This document shows, one piece after another, positions 33,942 to 43,575 of a DNA stretch of 57,017 bases. A model generated the notes under the pieces. It was not told where the DNA came from and made no database searches. It was given only the letters and a program-made list of their open reading frames with translations. Positions within the stretch are counted from its first letter, which is position 1. Each line of letters opens with the position of its first letter. This DNA comes from an uncultured Chlamydiae bacterium (lineage in GTDB: Bacteria; Chlamydiota; Chlamydiia; Chlamydiales; Parachlamydiaceae): the NCBI GenBank assembly GCA_963830365.1, contig CAWHMU010000020.1, forward strand, positions 1 through 57,017, given 5' to 3'. The position numbers were made by a program, and so were the translations under genes.

Positions 33942-34421
33942 AATGTAAATTTCGCGTTCGATCCTGTGAAGGAAGGATTTGAGTTGGCACTGCCATACAA
34001 GAGATAGGGCACAAGCCATGAGAACATTTTTACAGCCTCGATAGAGGCGGAAGCAGGTAGCCACATGCGTCAGCGTGTGGTAATCGCATGTTTAGAAACA
34101 AAGCCGTGAATACGGCGGCAGCAATGACTAAAGGATAGTATATACCATAATAATTGCATCTAATTCAGCTTCCATCGAAATTGCTGTCGCCGTATTCACG
34201 GCTCTCTTTATACTACATTTTATTCCATAGGTTGACACCTATGGCTACATGCTTCCGCCTCTATCGAGGCTAACTAGACCCTCTGTGCTAGAATGCCGAT
34301 TTGTTTCAAAGAGAACATTACAAATAGATCATTACTTCTCATATTTCAACCATCAATTACTAAGGCTTTTTGACGAATCATCGGCGGTATTTTTGCAACT
34401 TCCTCATTTGTGCGATGAACT
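33942..34421. mobile_element. Third, 5'-truncated copy of the GGTTCATCGCAC MITE
   Basis: Matches 10897-11305; right TIR ATTTGTGCGATGAAC. Confidence 0.8.
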
Positions 34422-34450
34422 TTATATATTTGTTCTTTGAAGCATCGTTG

Positions 34451-34642
34451 TTAGCCGCGAATGGCGGCGGCAGCATGTAGCCACAGGCGTAAGCCTGTGG
34501 TTGTGCCACCAAAGACGCCAAGCCGTGCTAACGGCGACAGCATCTCCATGTAACTGTCGCCATTATCACGGTTCAATGTCATAATTCTTGTGCCACAGGC
34601 TTACGCCTGTGGCTGCATGCCGCCGCCGCTATTCGCGGCTAA
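34451..34642. repeat. Palindromic REP-like doublet related to the MITE-internal element
   Basis: TTAGCCGCGAATGGCGGCGGCAGCATGTAGCCACAGGCGTAAGCCTGTGG / CCACAGGCTTACGCCTGTGGCTGCATGCCGCCGCCGCTATTCGCGGCTAA. Confidence 0.85.
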
Positions 34643-34748
34643 CGACTTTTATTTCCACCACATCCCTTGAGCTCTTTCAGTTTACAACGGGCCGAATAAT
34701 GAAAGTTTATCAAAACCTGAACACTTAATACTTTCACCTGCCAAAGGT

Positions 34749-35246
34749 GGGTCATCACACAAATGATTGGTTGACAGAGATGACTACTCAAGAATTTATG
34801 ACGTGAAAGGACTTTGAGGGTTGGGGTCAGGCTTGTGATTTGTGATTTGAAAGTCCTAAATACACTAGAAAGTCCGACTCCTTTCAAATCGCAAATCGCA
34901 AGCCTGACCTCAACCCGTTCAGCCAAAGCCTACATGATGAGTTTTTGAGGTTCATCCGGTTTTATAGGACCCACCTAGAAAAGGATGCGTAGAAATGGGG
35001 AAATGTAGGTAACACATCGGAGCGTAAATAACAGGATATTAGGATGGACAGGATGAAAGATTTAAACTTTAGTTTGCCAACTTTGCGATTTACGTAAGTC
35101 TTGGGTGATCATCCTATTTTTCATATCCTGACCATCATAATATCCTGTTATTTTTGCTTGCTCTTTTCTCTTTACAAGTCCTGCAAAACCGGAAGAACCG
35201 TTTTTGAGATGTTAGCTCTGTCAACCACTCGTGCGTGTGATGACCC
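34749..35246. mobile_element. ISL3-like MITE with 8-bp TSD CCAAAGGT, containing a GGGGTC REP hairpin (34818-34916) and a nested MITE
   Basis: TIR GGGTCATCACAC..GGTTGACAGAG / CTCTGTCAACC..GTGTGATGACCC; CCAAAGGT at 34741 and 35247. Confidence 0.88.
34949..35199. mobile_element. Nested ISL3-like MITE with 8-bp TSD GTTTTTGA, enclosing a further inverted repeat (35026-35152)
   Basis: TIR GGTTCATCCGGTTTT / AAAACCGGAAGAACC; GTTTTTGA at 34941 and 35200. Confidence 0.85.
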
Positions 35247-35448
35247 CCAAAGGTCCTGATTTGCCGGATGAACTATTTTTTGCACTAAAGTTCGTTCCGG
35301 CAATTACATGTAATTTTGTTTTTTTGACGGTAGCGTATGCCTGCCCAGCCAGCCGATTCTTTTTTTAGCCTGAGCCTTCCCCCTTTTCTTTTTATCCGTG
35401 ATACGTTAATTTGATTTTCAGCGTTTAGCTTTCTTTTTGGAGGGATGC

Positions 35449-35799
35449 ATGTCAATCAATTATCGCGCTCTGGGGTTATCGGCCTTGCTAATGTCGACTC
35501 CGCTGCTTTTAAATAGCGCAGAGCCAGCTTCTGCTGTGCAAACTGCCGCGTGGCAGGATGAATTGAATACCATTGAAACTGAAATACAGGCCCTAAAATT
35601 AGATCTGCAGACCTATCGCAAAAAATCTTTGAATGAAGAAATGCAAGCCCAGCCCTTGATGATTGATAACTGGCATGAATATGCAGACCGCATCACCCTT
35701 TCCGAAGATGATGAGAAACGCGTATTGGTTATCAAAGCGCGTATGGCAGCTCTTAACACACGCAAGCAAGAGATTCTTAAGAATCATCCGGCCCCTTAG
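35449..35799 (+). CDS. Secreted coiled-coil hypothetical protein
   Basis: GGAGG RBS, signal-peptide-like N-terminus. Confidence 0.7.
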   Translation: MSINYRALGLSALLMSTPLLLNSAEPASAVQTAAWQDELNTIETEIQALKLDLQTYRKKSLNEEMQAQPLMIDNWHEYADRITLSEDDEKRVLVIKARMAALNTRKQEILKNHPAP

Positions 35800-35835
35800 C
35801 CGGTGTAATCCAAAGATCCGCACGCATTAATTTTT

Positions 35836-37344
35836 TTGAGCATACTCATGACGTTGGCACAGCCACAGAAATTCCGCTTTTATAATCATTCCCTGGCTTT
35901 GCTGATCGATTTGTACCAATTGACCATGTCATATGGCTATTGGAAGGCCGGTCTGGATAAAAAGGAAGCCGTCTTCCACCTTTTTTTCCGCAAACAAACC
36001 TTCCATGGAGGGTTTACCATTGCGGCAGGATTGGAAAGTGTCATCGATTACCTTAATAACTTTCGCTTCGATGAAAGCGATTTGGCATATCTTTCTGCAT
36101 TGCGGGGAGATGATGATACGCTGCTATTCGATCCGGCGTTTTTCGACTACCTGGCGGAGATGAAGTTTTCTTGCGATATCGATGCCATTCCCGAAGGTAA
36201 TGTCGTTTTTCCCTATGAGCCCCTCATCCGTGTGCAAGGCCCCCTTATCCAGGCTCAACTGCTGGAAAGCCCTTTGCTTAACCTCATCAATTTTCCCACG
36301 CTGATCGCTACCAAAGCTGCACGGGTGTGCATTGCCGCCCAAGGCGACCCTGTCTTTGAATTCGGCTTGCGCCGCGCCCAAGGCATTGATGGTTCCCTTA
36401 CCGCCAGTCGTGCCGCCTATATCGGCGGTTGTACTGCCACTTCAAACGTGCTGGCAGGCAAATTGTTCGGCATCCCCGTGCGTGGCACGCATTCGCATAG
36501 CTGGATCATGGTTTTTGATGATGAGCTTGAGGCTTTTAAAGAACATGCTAAGCAGCAACCTAATAACTGCATTTTTCTGGTGGATACTTATGACACCTTG
36601 GAAGGGGTTAAAAAAGCCATCGAAGTGGGCTGCTGGCTCAAGCAGCAAGGCAAAAAAATGCTTGGCATCAGGCTCGATTCCGGTGATCTGGCGGATTTGA
36701 GCATTAAAAGCCGCGCCCTGCTCGATGCCGCCGGCTTTGAAGATGCCAAAATCATCGCCAGCAATGAACTCGACGAAACCATCATCAGTGATCTTAAAAG
36801 GCAAGGCGCTAGAATCGATATGTGGGGGGTTGGCACCAACTTGGTGACGGCCGGCAACCAGCCGGCACTGGATGGCGTGTATAAGTTGTCGGCCATCAGA
36901 GATCCGGGGCAGCCATGGCAATATAAGCTGAAACTCTCCGAGAAAATGGTTAAAGTTTCTAATCCGGGCATCATGCAGGTCAAACGCTACACCTACCAGG
37001 GGGAATATGTCGCCGATGCCATCTATGATTTAAGCCTTGGCATCAATCATGAAGGGATGATTATCGATCCATTCGATCCCACCAAATATCAGCGTGTAAA
37101 AAAAGCCTGGTCATCACACGATTTGCTCATTCCCATTTTCCGCCAGGGGAAATGCCTATATGACTTACCCCCATTGTCTTCGATTCGCGCCAACACCCAA
37201 AAAGAACTGGGCTGTTTTCATAAGGGCATCAAACGCTTCATCTATCCGCATGAGTATGTCGTCGGCATGGAAAAAGCCTTTTATGATCTCAAAGTCGGTC
37301 TGATCAAACAGATTCGCAACCATAGTCCCATGCAGGAAATTTGA
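35836..37344 (+). CDS. pncB: Nicotinate phosphoribosyltransferase
   Basis: [43 protein letters not shown]. Confidence 0.95.
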   Translation: MSILMTLAQPQKFRFYNHSLALLIDLYQLTMSYGYWKAGLDKKEAVFHLFFRKQTFHGGFTIAAGLESVIDYLNNFRFDESDLAYLSALRGDDDTLLFDPAFFDYLAEMKFSCDIDAIPEGNVVFPYEPLIRVQGPLIQAQLLESPLLNLINFPTLIATKAARVCIAAQGDPVFEFGLRRAQGIDGSLTASRAAYIGGCTATSNVLAGKLFGIPVRGTHSHSWIMVFDDELEAFKEHAKQQPNNCIFLVDTYDTLEGVKKAIEVGCWLKQQGKKMLGIRLDSGDLADLSIKSRALLDAAGFEDAKIIASNELDETIISDLKRQGARIDMWGVGTNLVTAGNQPALDGVYKLSAIRDPGQPWQYKLKLSEKMVKVSNPGIMQVKRYTYQGEYVADAIYDLSLGINHEGMIIDPFDPTKYQRVKKAWSSHDLLIPIFRQGKCLYDLPPLSSIRANTQKELGCFHKGIKRFIYPHEYVVGMEKAFYDLKVGLIKQIRNHSPMQEI

Positions 37345-37364
37345 TTAACTTGTGAAGGTTAGTG

Positions 37365-38069
37365 ATGAACGCTCTTATTCTTGTCGACATCCAAAACGAT
37401 TTCCTTCCCGGCGGAGCTTTGGCCGTGCCAAACGGCTCTCAAATCCTTCCCATTGTGAATGCATTGCTGGCTTGTCCTTTTGACAGCGTGGCGGCTTCTA
37501 AAGACTGGCACCCGCATGATCACGGCAGCTTTGCCGCCAGCCATGGCAAAGCGGTAGGCGAACAGATCATGCTGCGTGGTTTGCCACAGCAGTTATGGCC
37601 GGTGCATGCTGTCCAGGGGACTTTTGGAGCGGAATTCAGCGACGGCCTGGATATTGGAAAAATTCATAAAACATTCTATAAAGGCGCTGATCAATGGATC
37701 GATAGCTACAGCGCCTTTTTTGACAACGGCCATAATAAAAGTACGGGCCTTGCTGAGTATTTGCGGAAACAGGGTGTAAAAGATCTCTATCTAGTAGGTC
37801 TGGCGACAGACTATTGCGTTAAATATTCAGTCCTGGATGCTCTTAAGCTGCGCTTTAACACCTTTGTGGTCGTCGATGCCTGCCGCGGGGTGGATTTGCA
37901 AACCGGCGATAGCGACAGCGCCTTGGTCGAAATTCAAAGCGCCGGCGCTACGCTTGTCACTTCCGAAGAAGTCTTGGAAGGGTTTTTCGGGGTGGTGGGA
38001 TTCGAACCCACGACCTCTTCGTCCCGAACGAAGCACGCTAGCCAAACTGCGCTACACCCCGGCTATTGA
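37365..38069 (+). CDS. pncA: Nicotinamidase/pyrazinamidase; 3' extension overlaps antisense tRNA-Pro
   Basis: VDIQNDF.PGGALAV, DWHP.DH.SF, WPVH, DSYSAF, GLATDYCV. Confidence 0.93.
   Translation: MNALILVDIQNDFLPGGALAVPNGSQILPIVNALLACPFDSVAASKDWHPHDHGSFAASHGKAVGEQIMLRGLPQQLWPVHAVQGTFGAEFSDGLDIGKIHKTFYKGADQWIDSYSAFFDNGHNKSTGLAEYLRKQGVKDLYLVGLATDYCVKYSVLDALKLRFNTFVVVDACRGVDLQTGDSDSALVEIQSAGATLVTSEEVLEGFFGVVGFEPTTSSSRTKHASQTALHPGY
37987..38061 (-). tRNA. tRNA-Pro(CGG)
   Basis: Reverse complement CGGGGTGTAGCGCAGTTTGGCTAGCGTGCTTCGTTCGGGACGAAGAGGTCGTGGGTTCGAATCCCACCACCCCGA. Confidence 0.95.
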
Positions 38070-38108
38070 GGTAAATTCTCAAAAATTCATGGCAAGCGGC
38101 GATGACTT

Positions 38109-38211
38109 AGGCTTGGGGTCTGGCTTGTGATTTGTGATTTGAAAGCCCACCAGGGCCTTTAGGAAGGTCAACTCCTTTCAAATCGCAAATCGCAAGCCTG
38201 ACCCCAAGCCT
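38109..38211 (+). repeat. Dispersed GGGGTC-type REP hairpin
   Basis: Same arms as 26362 and 34823, different loop. Confidence 0.9.
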
Positions 38212-38272
38212 TTCGCCGAAACTTGCCCTATGGCTTTTTATATACTGCAGCCGACAATATTATTCGATAAAA

Positions 38273-38426
38273 TTAGTATCCGCTCACGGGGTCGGAAATT
38301 TAGACGTCAGGCCTTCAGCCTGAGATTTTTGTGTGTTTTACCTAGGGCCTCGCCCTAGGTGGAATATATAAAGAACCCAGGCTGAAGGCTTGATGTATGG
38401 TTTTCGACCCCGTGAACGGATACTAA
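38273..38426. repeat. Palindromic element (another family)
   Basis: TTAGTATCCG.TCACGGGGTCG.AAA..CCTTCAGCCTG / CAGGCTGAAGG..TTTTCGACCCCGTGAACGGATACTAA. Confidence 0.8.
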
Positions 38427-38469
38427 AATTAATCTTTAGCCGGTCAGCATAATTTTACAAGGATGCCGT

Positions 38470-38760
38470 ATGTGGAAAATGTCGTCTGAAGGGGTTGTTA
38501 TTCCGCTAAAGGTAACACCCAAAGCCAGCTTTAATGAAATTGTAGGCTGGGAAAATAATGAGTTGAAAATCCGCATAGCCGCACAGCCTGAAAAAAGTAA
38601 TGCTAATGATGAACTCATCGCCTTTCTGTCTAAGGAGCTAAAGCTAAGCAAACGGCAAATCAAGCTGATTAGCGGCTTTACCAGCCGTCACAAGCGTATT
38701 TGCCTCATCGATGTTGATCCTCAAACAATTTGGTTTCTAAAGAATGATACCGCCATCTAA
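38470..38760 (+). CDS. DUF167/YggU family protein
   Basis: LKVTPKAS.NEI...LKIRIAAQPEKSNANDELIAFLSK...ISGFTSRHK. Confidence 0.88.
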   Translation: MWKMSSEGVVIPLKVTPKASFNEIVGWENNELKIRIAAQPEKSNANDELIAFLSKELKLSKRQIKLISGFTSRHKRICLIDVDPQTIWFLKNDTAI

Positions 38761-38910
38761 TGAGAATTTGACATATGGGATTGCGCGAAAGCTCCCGCGG
38801 TTGTGTGATCGTAAGTCACCCAATATTAGCAATATGGGGTGACTTATGATCATATAACCCCGGGGCTTTGGCGCGTCCAATATGTCAAATTCTCATTAGA
38901 TCATGGTATA
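38747..38910. repeat. TATACC-type palindromic element, overlapping the stop of the DUF167 gene
   Basis: Same central CACCCAATATT..AATATGGGGTG architecture as 22165-22331. Confidence 0.8.
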
Positions 38911-39144
38911 GGTTTGAAAATTCTGTCGCTTGCGCTTTTTGTTGATTTTTTCATCTCATCTTTATATTGTCTTAACGAAAAAAGCCTAAAAATAGCCTCG
39001 AAATGAACTTTTACGTGTGCAACATTTCTAAATCGTGACACCTAAATCTTTTTAAATCGATCTACACACAAGTCTAAAGAGGCTTTATGTCTTGACCGAT
39101 CACTCATTTTAAAAATACACCTCATCAACTACCAAGGAGTCCTT

Positions 39145-40104
39145 ATGAATTCACTCAATGACCTTAATAATAAGATTGATTACTGGAATCAGCCAACACA
39201 AACTTTTTTCACACACCACGTTAAAACTCGTGCCGCTAACGTCTTTGCCGGCGCGCCGCTCGGTCTGGTCGCCGTTGCCCAAAATGCTCTTCAAGCCACG
39301 GCACAAAGTGTCGGCGCTGTCATAAAATTGCCGGTGCGCATATTTTCGATCATCACTAAAGCCGCCTGCCTGCGTCAGCTCGATCAAAAGCTGCCTGCGT
39401 TAAAAGATTTCTTCGAAACGGTGAAACGTGTGATCGCCCATGCCCTTGGTGCGTTTGCTTCAGCTACGCTTGGTTTTGTTTCTCCTTCGCTTAACTTTAA
39501 GCTGCAAGTTTGCCTGGGTGTGGTAGTAAGTAACACAAACGATTTGCAGAAAATGACTATCCTTGATGAAGAGGCGCTTAAGCTGACACAGGAGATCAAG
39601 AAGCTTAGAGAAAACAAAGAAAAAGCCATCCTCGCCAAGCAAGAGGCTGATGTCAAAAAAGCCGAACAGCAAGCTGCCGAACGCCAGCTGGAAGAAACTT
39701 GTGAAGCTGTGCTAAATGCGGCCCGTGAAATTGATGCCAAAGCTATCGATGCAGACATCCCTGTTTCCGAAGCTGTAAAGGAATTGTTTTCTAATGCTGA
39801 AACCGAGACTCAAGCCGCAGCTGATGTGATCAGCAAAGATGTGGCTGAAATTAAAGCCTTTATCGATGCCGACTCTGCTGACGAGATAGCGCTTGTTGAA
39901 GCTGAAATTCAAAGAGAAATCGATGAAGAAGCCGCCCAAACACAACACAAGGTGTGCGATCTTGGCAACTCCATCCTCAATGGTCTTTCCACCGTAGGCG
40001 GCGGATTGAAGTCTGGTGCCATATACCTTGCCAATATCCCTGTAAAATTAGTTACCGTGCCTTATAATTTCTTTGCTCAAAAGAATGCAGCTGCACAAGT
40101 CTAA
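39145..40104 (+). CDS. Hypothetical protein with hydrophobic N-domain and acidic coiled coil (Inc-like candidate)
   Basis: AAGGAG RBS; N-domain paralogous to the next gene. Confidence 0.75.
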   Translation: MNSLNDLNNKIDYWNQPTQTFFTHHVKTRAANVFAGAPLGLVAVAQNALQATAQSVGAVIKLPVRIFSIITKAACLRQLDQKLPALKDFFETVKRVIAHALGAFASATLGFVSPSLNFKLQVCLGVVVSNTNDLQKMTILDEEALKLTQEIKKLRENKEKAILAKQEADVKKAEQQAAERQLEETCEAVLNAAREIDAKAIDADIPVSEAVKELFSNAETETQAAADVISKDVAEIKAFIDADSADEIALVEAEIQREIDEEAAQTQHKVCDLGNSILNGLSTVGGGLKSGAIYLANIPVKLVTVPYNFFAQKNAAAQV

Positions 40105-40132
40105 TCTTTAGCCTGTTGATCAATTTGAATAT

Positions 40133-40172
40133 ATGTCCCCATTCCTGTAAAGGAATCGGGGACATTTCTATT
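40133..40172 (+). terminator. Probable intrinsic terminator
   Basis: ATGTCCCC-ATTCCT..AGGAAT-CGGGGACAT followed by a T-rich run. Confidence 0.6.
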
Positions 40173-40245
40173 TTGTGGTTGTATAGAAAGTTTTCATGTC
40201 GCATCATCCGGACTGTTTATCTGAATTTCATGACAGGAGATTGAT

Positions 40246-41034
40246 ATGTCACCTCTCGATGGGCTGATGAATCGGGTAGCTGAAATGTCTGATTCGAATT
40301 CCTTTTTCAAACAGCAGATTCTTTCTAGAGTGTCCGTACTTGCCGGCTGTATACCCCTTGAAATGGTGGCCACAGCCCAAAACATTATCAAGCTTCCCTT
40401 CGAAGCCGCCATGCTGACGATAAAAATTCCAGCCAAGGTCATCAATCTGTTTATAGGTTCCGAGACCCTTAAGGACTTCGAAACATCATTGCCGGGCCCT
40501 TTGCAGCTCATTAAGACGGCATTTAAAATCATTGGCTATGCCATAGGCACCCTCTTCACTTCCACTTTAGGCATGCTCAGTCCCTATAAAAATTTCCGCT
40601 TGCATACCGTGCTGGATCTGATCTCGGATGAAAAAGCCGAGGCAGCAGCTTTTCAAAAAGAGCAGGCAGCCGCCAGGCAGCGCGAAGTGCAGCGCGAAAT
40701 CATGCAGCTGCATATTAAGAATCTTATCCTTGCCCAGCGCCTGAAAACAGCCGAACAGCAACTAGCCATCCTACCAGCTTCGCAGCCGGCCAACCATGCC
40801 CCGGCTGCCCTGGATGCCCTCGATGCCCTCGATGCCGCCACGCCTAATTCTACAGCACCGAAGCCTGCGCCTCAAATGCCCTCAGAACCTAGATCTACGC
40901 CCGAAGCCTCTCGCTTTATTCAAGAACCTCAGCCGCTGGCAGTGAACATACCAACCCCTAATAATGCTCTTGTGGAAGAATCTATGCCCGCCTCCACTGC
41001 CCAAGAAGCGGTTGCCGCCTTGACATTGGATTGA
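40246..41034 (+). CDS. Hypothetical protein, paralog of the upstream gene, Pro/Ala-rich tail
   Basis: AGGAG RBS; shared AQN..IK.P..LP...STLG.LSP..NF.L pattern. Confidence 0.75.
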   Translation: MSPLDGLMNRVAEMSDSNSFFKQQILSRVSVLAGCIPLEMVATAQNIIKLPFEAAMLTIKIPAKVINLFIGSETLKDFETSLPGPLQLIKTAFKIIGYAIGTLFTSTLGMLSPYKNFRLHTVLDLISDEKAEAAAFQKEQAAARQREVQREIMQLHIKNLILAQRLKTAEQQLAILPASQPANHAPAALDALDALDAATPNSTAPKPAPQMPSEPRSTPEASRFIQEPQPLAVNIPTPNNALVEESMPASTAQEAVAALTLD

Positions 41035-41111
41035 CACGCAGGTTGTTAGTTCCCAATCCCTGCTCAGAGCCCTTTGCATCCGGTCAATTTTAATTTTATC
41101 GAGGAAGAAAC

Positions 41112-42623
41112 ATGTCTAAAAGCTTTTTGCTGACCCTATGTGGACTTTTTATGTGCAGCCTATCGGTATTTGCTGAAGAAAGCGTGGCGCTTAAAAACGA
41201 TAGGAAGGAAATCCCCAAAGAAGAAGCCGTCAGCACCCTGCATTCTGTCAAAATCAATAATACCGATATCTCCTACAAAGCGACTGTGGGAATGCAGCTG
41301 CTTAATGACGACAAGTCCAATCCCAAAGCTTCACTCTTTTATATCGCCTATACCAAAGAGGGCGTTACCGACTTAAGAGCGCGCCCCATTACTTTTTGTT
41401 TCAATGGGGGGCCCGGCTCATCTTCCGTATGGCTGCATTTAGGCGTCTTCGGCCCGCGCCGCATCGATATCGATAGCGAAGGCAAGCAAGCCGTCCAGCC
41501 CTATCATTTGCTTGATAACCCCTATTCGCTGCTCGATGTGACGGATCTGGTGTTCATCGATCCCGTGTCGACAGGTTATAGCAGGGCTGTCGATGATGCC
41601 AAGCCATTCCATGGCGTGGAAGGCGATATCCAATCAGTCGCCGATTTCATCCGCCTGTATGTGACCCGCAACCTGCGCTGGGAGTCCCCGAAATTCCTGG
41701 CCGGCGAGAGCTATGGCACCACGCGCGCGGCAGGACTTGCCCAGGAGCTGCATGACAATCAGCATCTGTATATTGATGGCATAATCTTGATTTCCAGTGT
41801 CCTGGACTTTCAAACCATCAAATTTTCAGCCGGCAATGACTTGCCCTATGTCCTTTTTCTGCCTACCTATACCGCCACGGCATTGTATCATAACAAGCTG
41901 GCCCCCAATCTGCAGCAGGATAAGCAAAAGACCCTGACCGAGGCCGAGAAATTTGCCAATAACGAATATGCCTGTGCTTTGATGCAAGGCGACCGCCTGC
42001 AGGGGGCCGAGCGGGCGGGCATCATTGATAAGCTTGCCGGTTTTACAGGCCTTTCCAAGGAGTATATCGATAGATCCAATTTGCGCGTGCACTACGCCCG
42101 CTTTGCTAAAGAGTTGCTGCAAGGCGAGCGTCGCACAGTAGGCCGCTTTGATAGCCGTATAAAAGGGATCGAATCCGACTGGTGCAATGATACGTTCGAT
42201 TTTGATCCGAGTTTTGAAAGCGTCATCGGCGTATTTGCAGCTACCCTTAACAACTATGTGAGGGCGGAGCTCAATTGGAAGAGCGATACTGAGTATAAGA
42301 TTTTGTCGGACGTTTCGCCCTGGGATTACGGCAAGACCTCCTCCAATCAATATCTCAATGTCGGCGAGAAGTTGATGGATGCGATGACCAAGAATACCAA
42401 ATTGCAAGTGTTTGTCGGCACCGGCTATTATGATTTGGCCACGCCCTACTTTGCGACCGAATATACTTTTAGCCATTTGGGATTGGATCCTTCGTTGCGC
42501 AAACATGTGGTTTTGAAAAACTATGAGGGGGGGCATATGATGTATTTGTATCATCCATCATTGGTAGAGTTGAAGTCTGATCTCGTGCAATTTTTTAAGC
42601 AGAGTTTGCAGCCCAAGCCATAA
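41112..42623 (+). CDS. Secreted S10-family serine carboxypeptidase
   Basis: Signal peptide, FNGGPGSSS, IDPVSTGYS, GESYG, YEGGHMMY. Confidence 0.92.
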   Translation: MSKSFLLTLCGLFMCSLSVFAEESVALKNDRKEIPKEEAVSTLHSVKINNTDISYKATVGMQLLNDDKSNPKASLFYIAYTKEGVTDLRARPITFCFNGGPGSSSVWLHLGVFGPRRIDIDSEGKQAVQPYHLLDNPYSLLDVTDLVFIDPVSTGYSRAVDDAKPFHGVEGDIQSVADFIRLYVTRNLRWESPKFLAGESYGTTRAAGLAQELHDNQHLYIDGIILISSVLDFQTIKFSAGNDLPYVLFLPTYTATALYHNKLAPNLQQDKQKTLTEAEKFANNEYACALMQGDRLQGAERAGIIDKLAGFTGLSKEYIDRSNLRVHYARFAKELLQGERRTVGRFDSRIKGIESDWCNDTFDFDPSFESVIGVFAATLNNYVRAELNWKSDTEYKILSDVSPWDYGKTSSNQYLNVGEKLMDAMTKNTKLQVFVGTGYYDLATPYFATEYTFSHLGLDPSLRKHVVLKNYEGGHMMYLYHPSLVELKSDLVQFFKQSLQPKP

Positions 42624-42680
42624 GCTGCAGCCAGTCATCGGCAGGGATTTTGTTTTTTTGCACTTTTTAGCAGGAAAATC

Positions 42681-42709
42681 TTGCTTGCTGAAGGCATCCC
42701 TGCTATGAT
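42681..42709 (+). promoter_or_regulatory. Sigma70-type promoter of tRNA(CAT)
   Basis: TTGCTT-N17-TATGAT. Confidence 0.6.
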
Positions 42710-42723
42710 TGCTGCATCCCCTT

Positions 42724-42797
42724 GGGGCAATAGCTCAGTCGGTTAGAGCAGCGGACTCATAACCCGCTGGTCCTTGGTTCAAGTCCAAGTTGCCCCA
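42724..42797 (+). tRNA. tRNA with CAT anticodon (Ile2-like or elongator Met); island insertion site
   Basis: GGGGCAATAGCTCAGTCGGTTAGAGCAGCGGACTCATAACCCGCTGGTCCTTGGTTCAAGTCCAAGTTGCCCCA. Confidence 0.93.
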
Positions 42798-42840
42798 TCC
42801 TTTTCCTCCAAAGCTTCCTAGATCGGCCACATGCATCAGA

Positions 42841-43539
42841 CTCAAGAATGGGGTCTGAACCCATGCGGGCTCCACGAATTCATTCCAATAGTGTGTTTTG
42901 CCAACGGCGTGTCTTTCAAAACTCTTGTTGTCTAAAGTTACTATAAATATTTTAGTTTAATCTTTAGAATCCGCAAAAGTCGTCATTTAACCTGAAAATA
43001 GAAATCAAGAATGAGACTCGAGAATGGGGTCTGGCTTGTGATTTGTGATTTGGTTCCTGCCAAATCGCAAATCGCAAGCCTGAACCCATTCGGGCCTCAC
43101 GAATTCATTTCCAATAGTGTGTTTTGGCAACGGCGTATCTTTAAAAATTCTTGGTGTCCAATTTCACTGTAAATATTTTAGTTTAATCTTTAGAATCCGC
43201 AAAAGTCATCATTTAACCTGAAAATAGAAATCAAGAATGAGACTCGAGAATGGGGTCTGGCTTGTGATTTGTGATTTGGTTCCTGCCAAATCGCAAATCA
43301 CAAGCCTGAACTCATGCGAGCTCCACGAATTCATTTCCAATAGTGTGTTTTGGCAACGGCGTATCTTTAAAAATTCTTGGTGTCCAATTTCACTGTAAAT
43401 ATTTTCGTTTAATCTTTAGAATCCGCAAAAGTCGTCATTTAACCTGAAAATAGAAATCAAGAATGAGACTCGAGAATGGGGTCTGGCTTGTGATTTGTGA
43501 TTTGGTTCCTGCCAAATCGCAAATCGCCAGCCTGAACCC
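42841..43539 (+). repeat. Three tandem ~226-bp units, each ending in a GGGGTC REP hairpin
   Basis: GAGACTCGAGAATGGGGTCTGGC at 43013, 43239, 43465. Confidence 0.92.
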
Positions 43540-43575
43540 ATGCGGGCCCCAAAAGTTTACTTAAAAGGAATATTT

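Noticed and set aside
42841..43539. CRISPR-like or integron attC array beside the transposase
   Set aside because: Inter-hairpin segments are homologous copies, not unique spacers or gene cassettes; no integron integrase.
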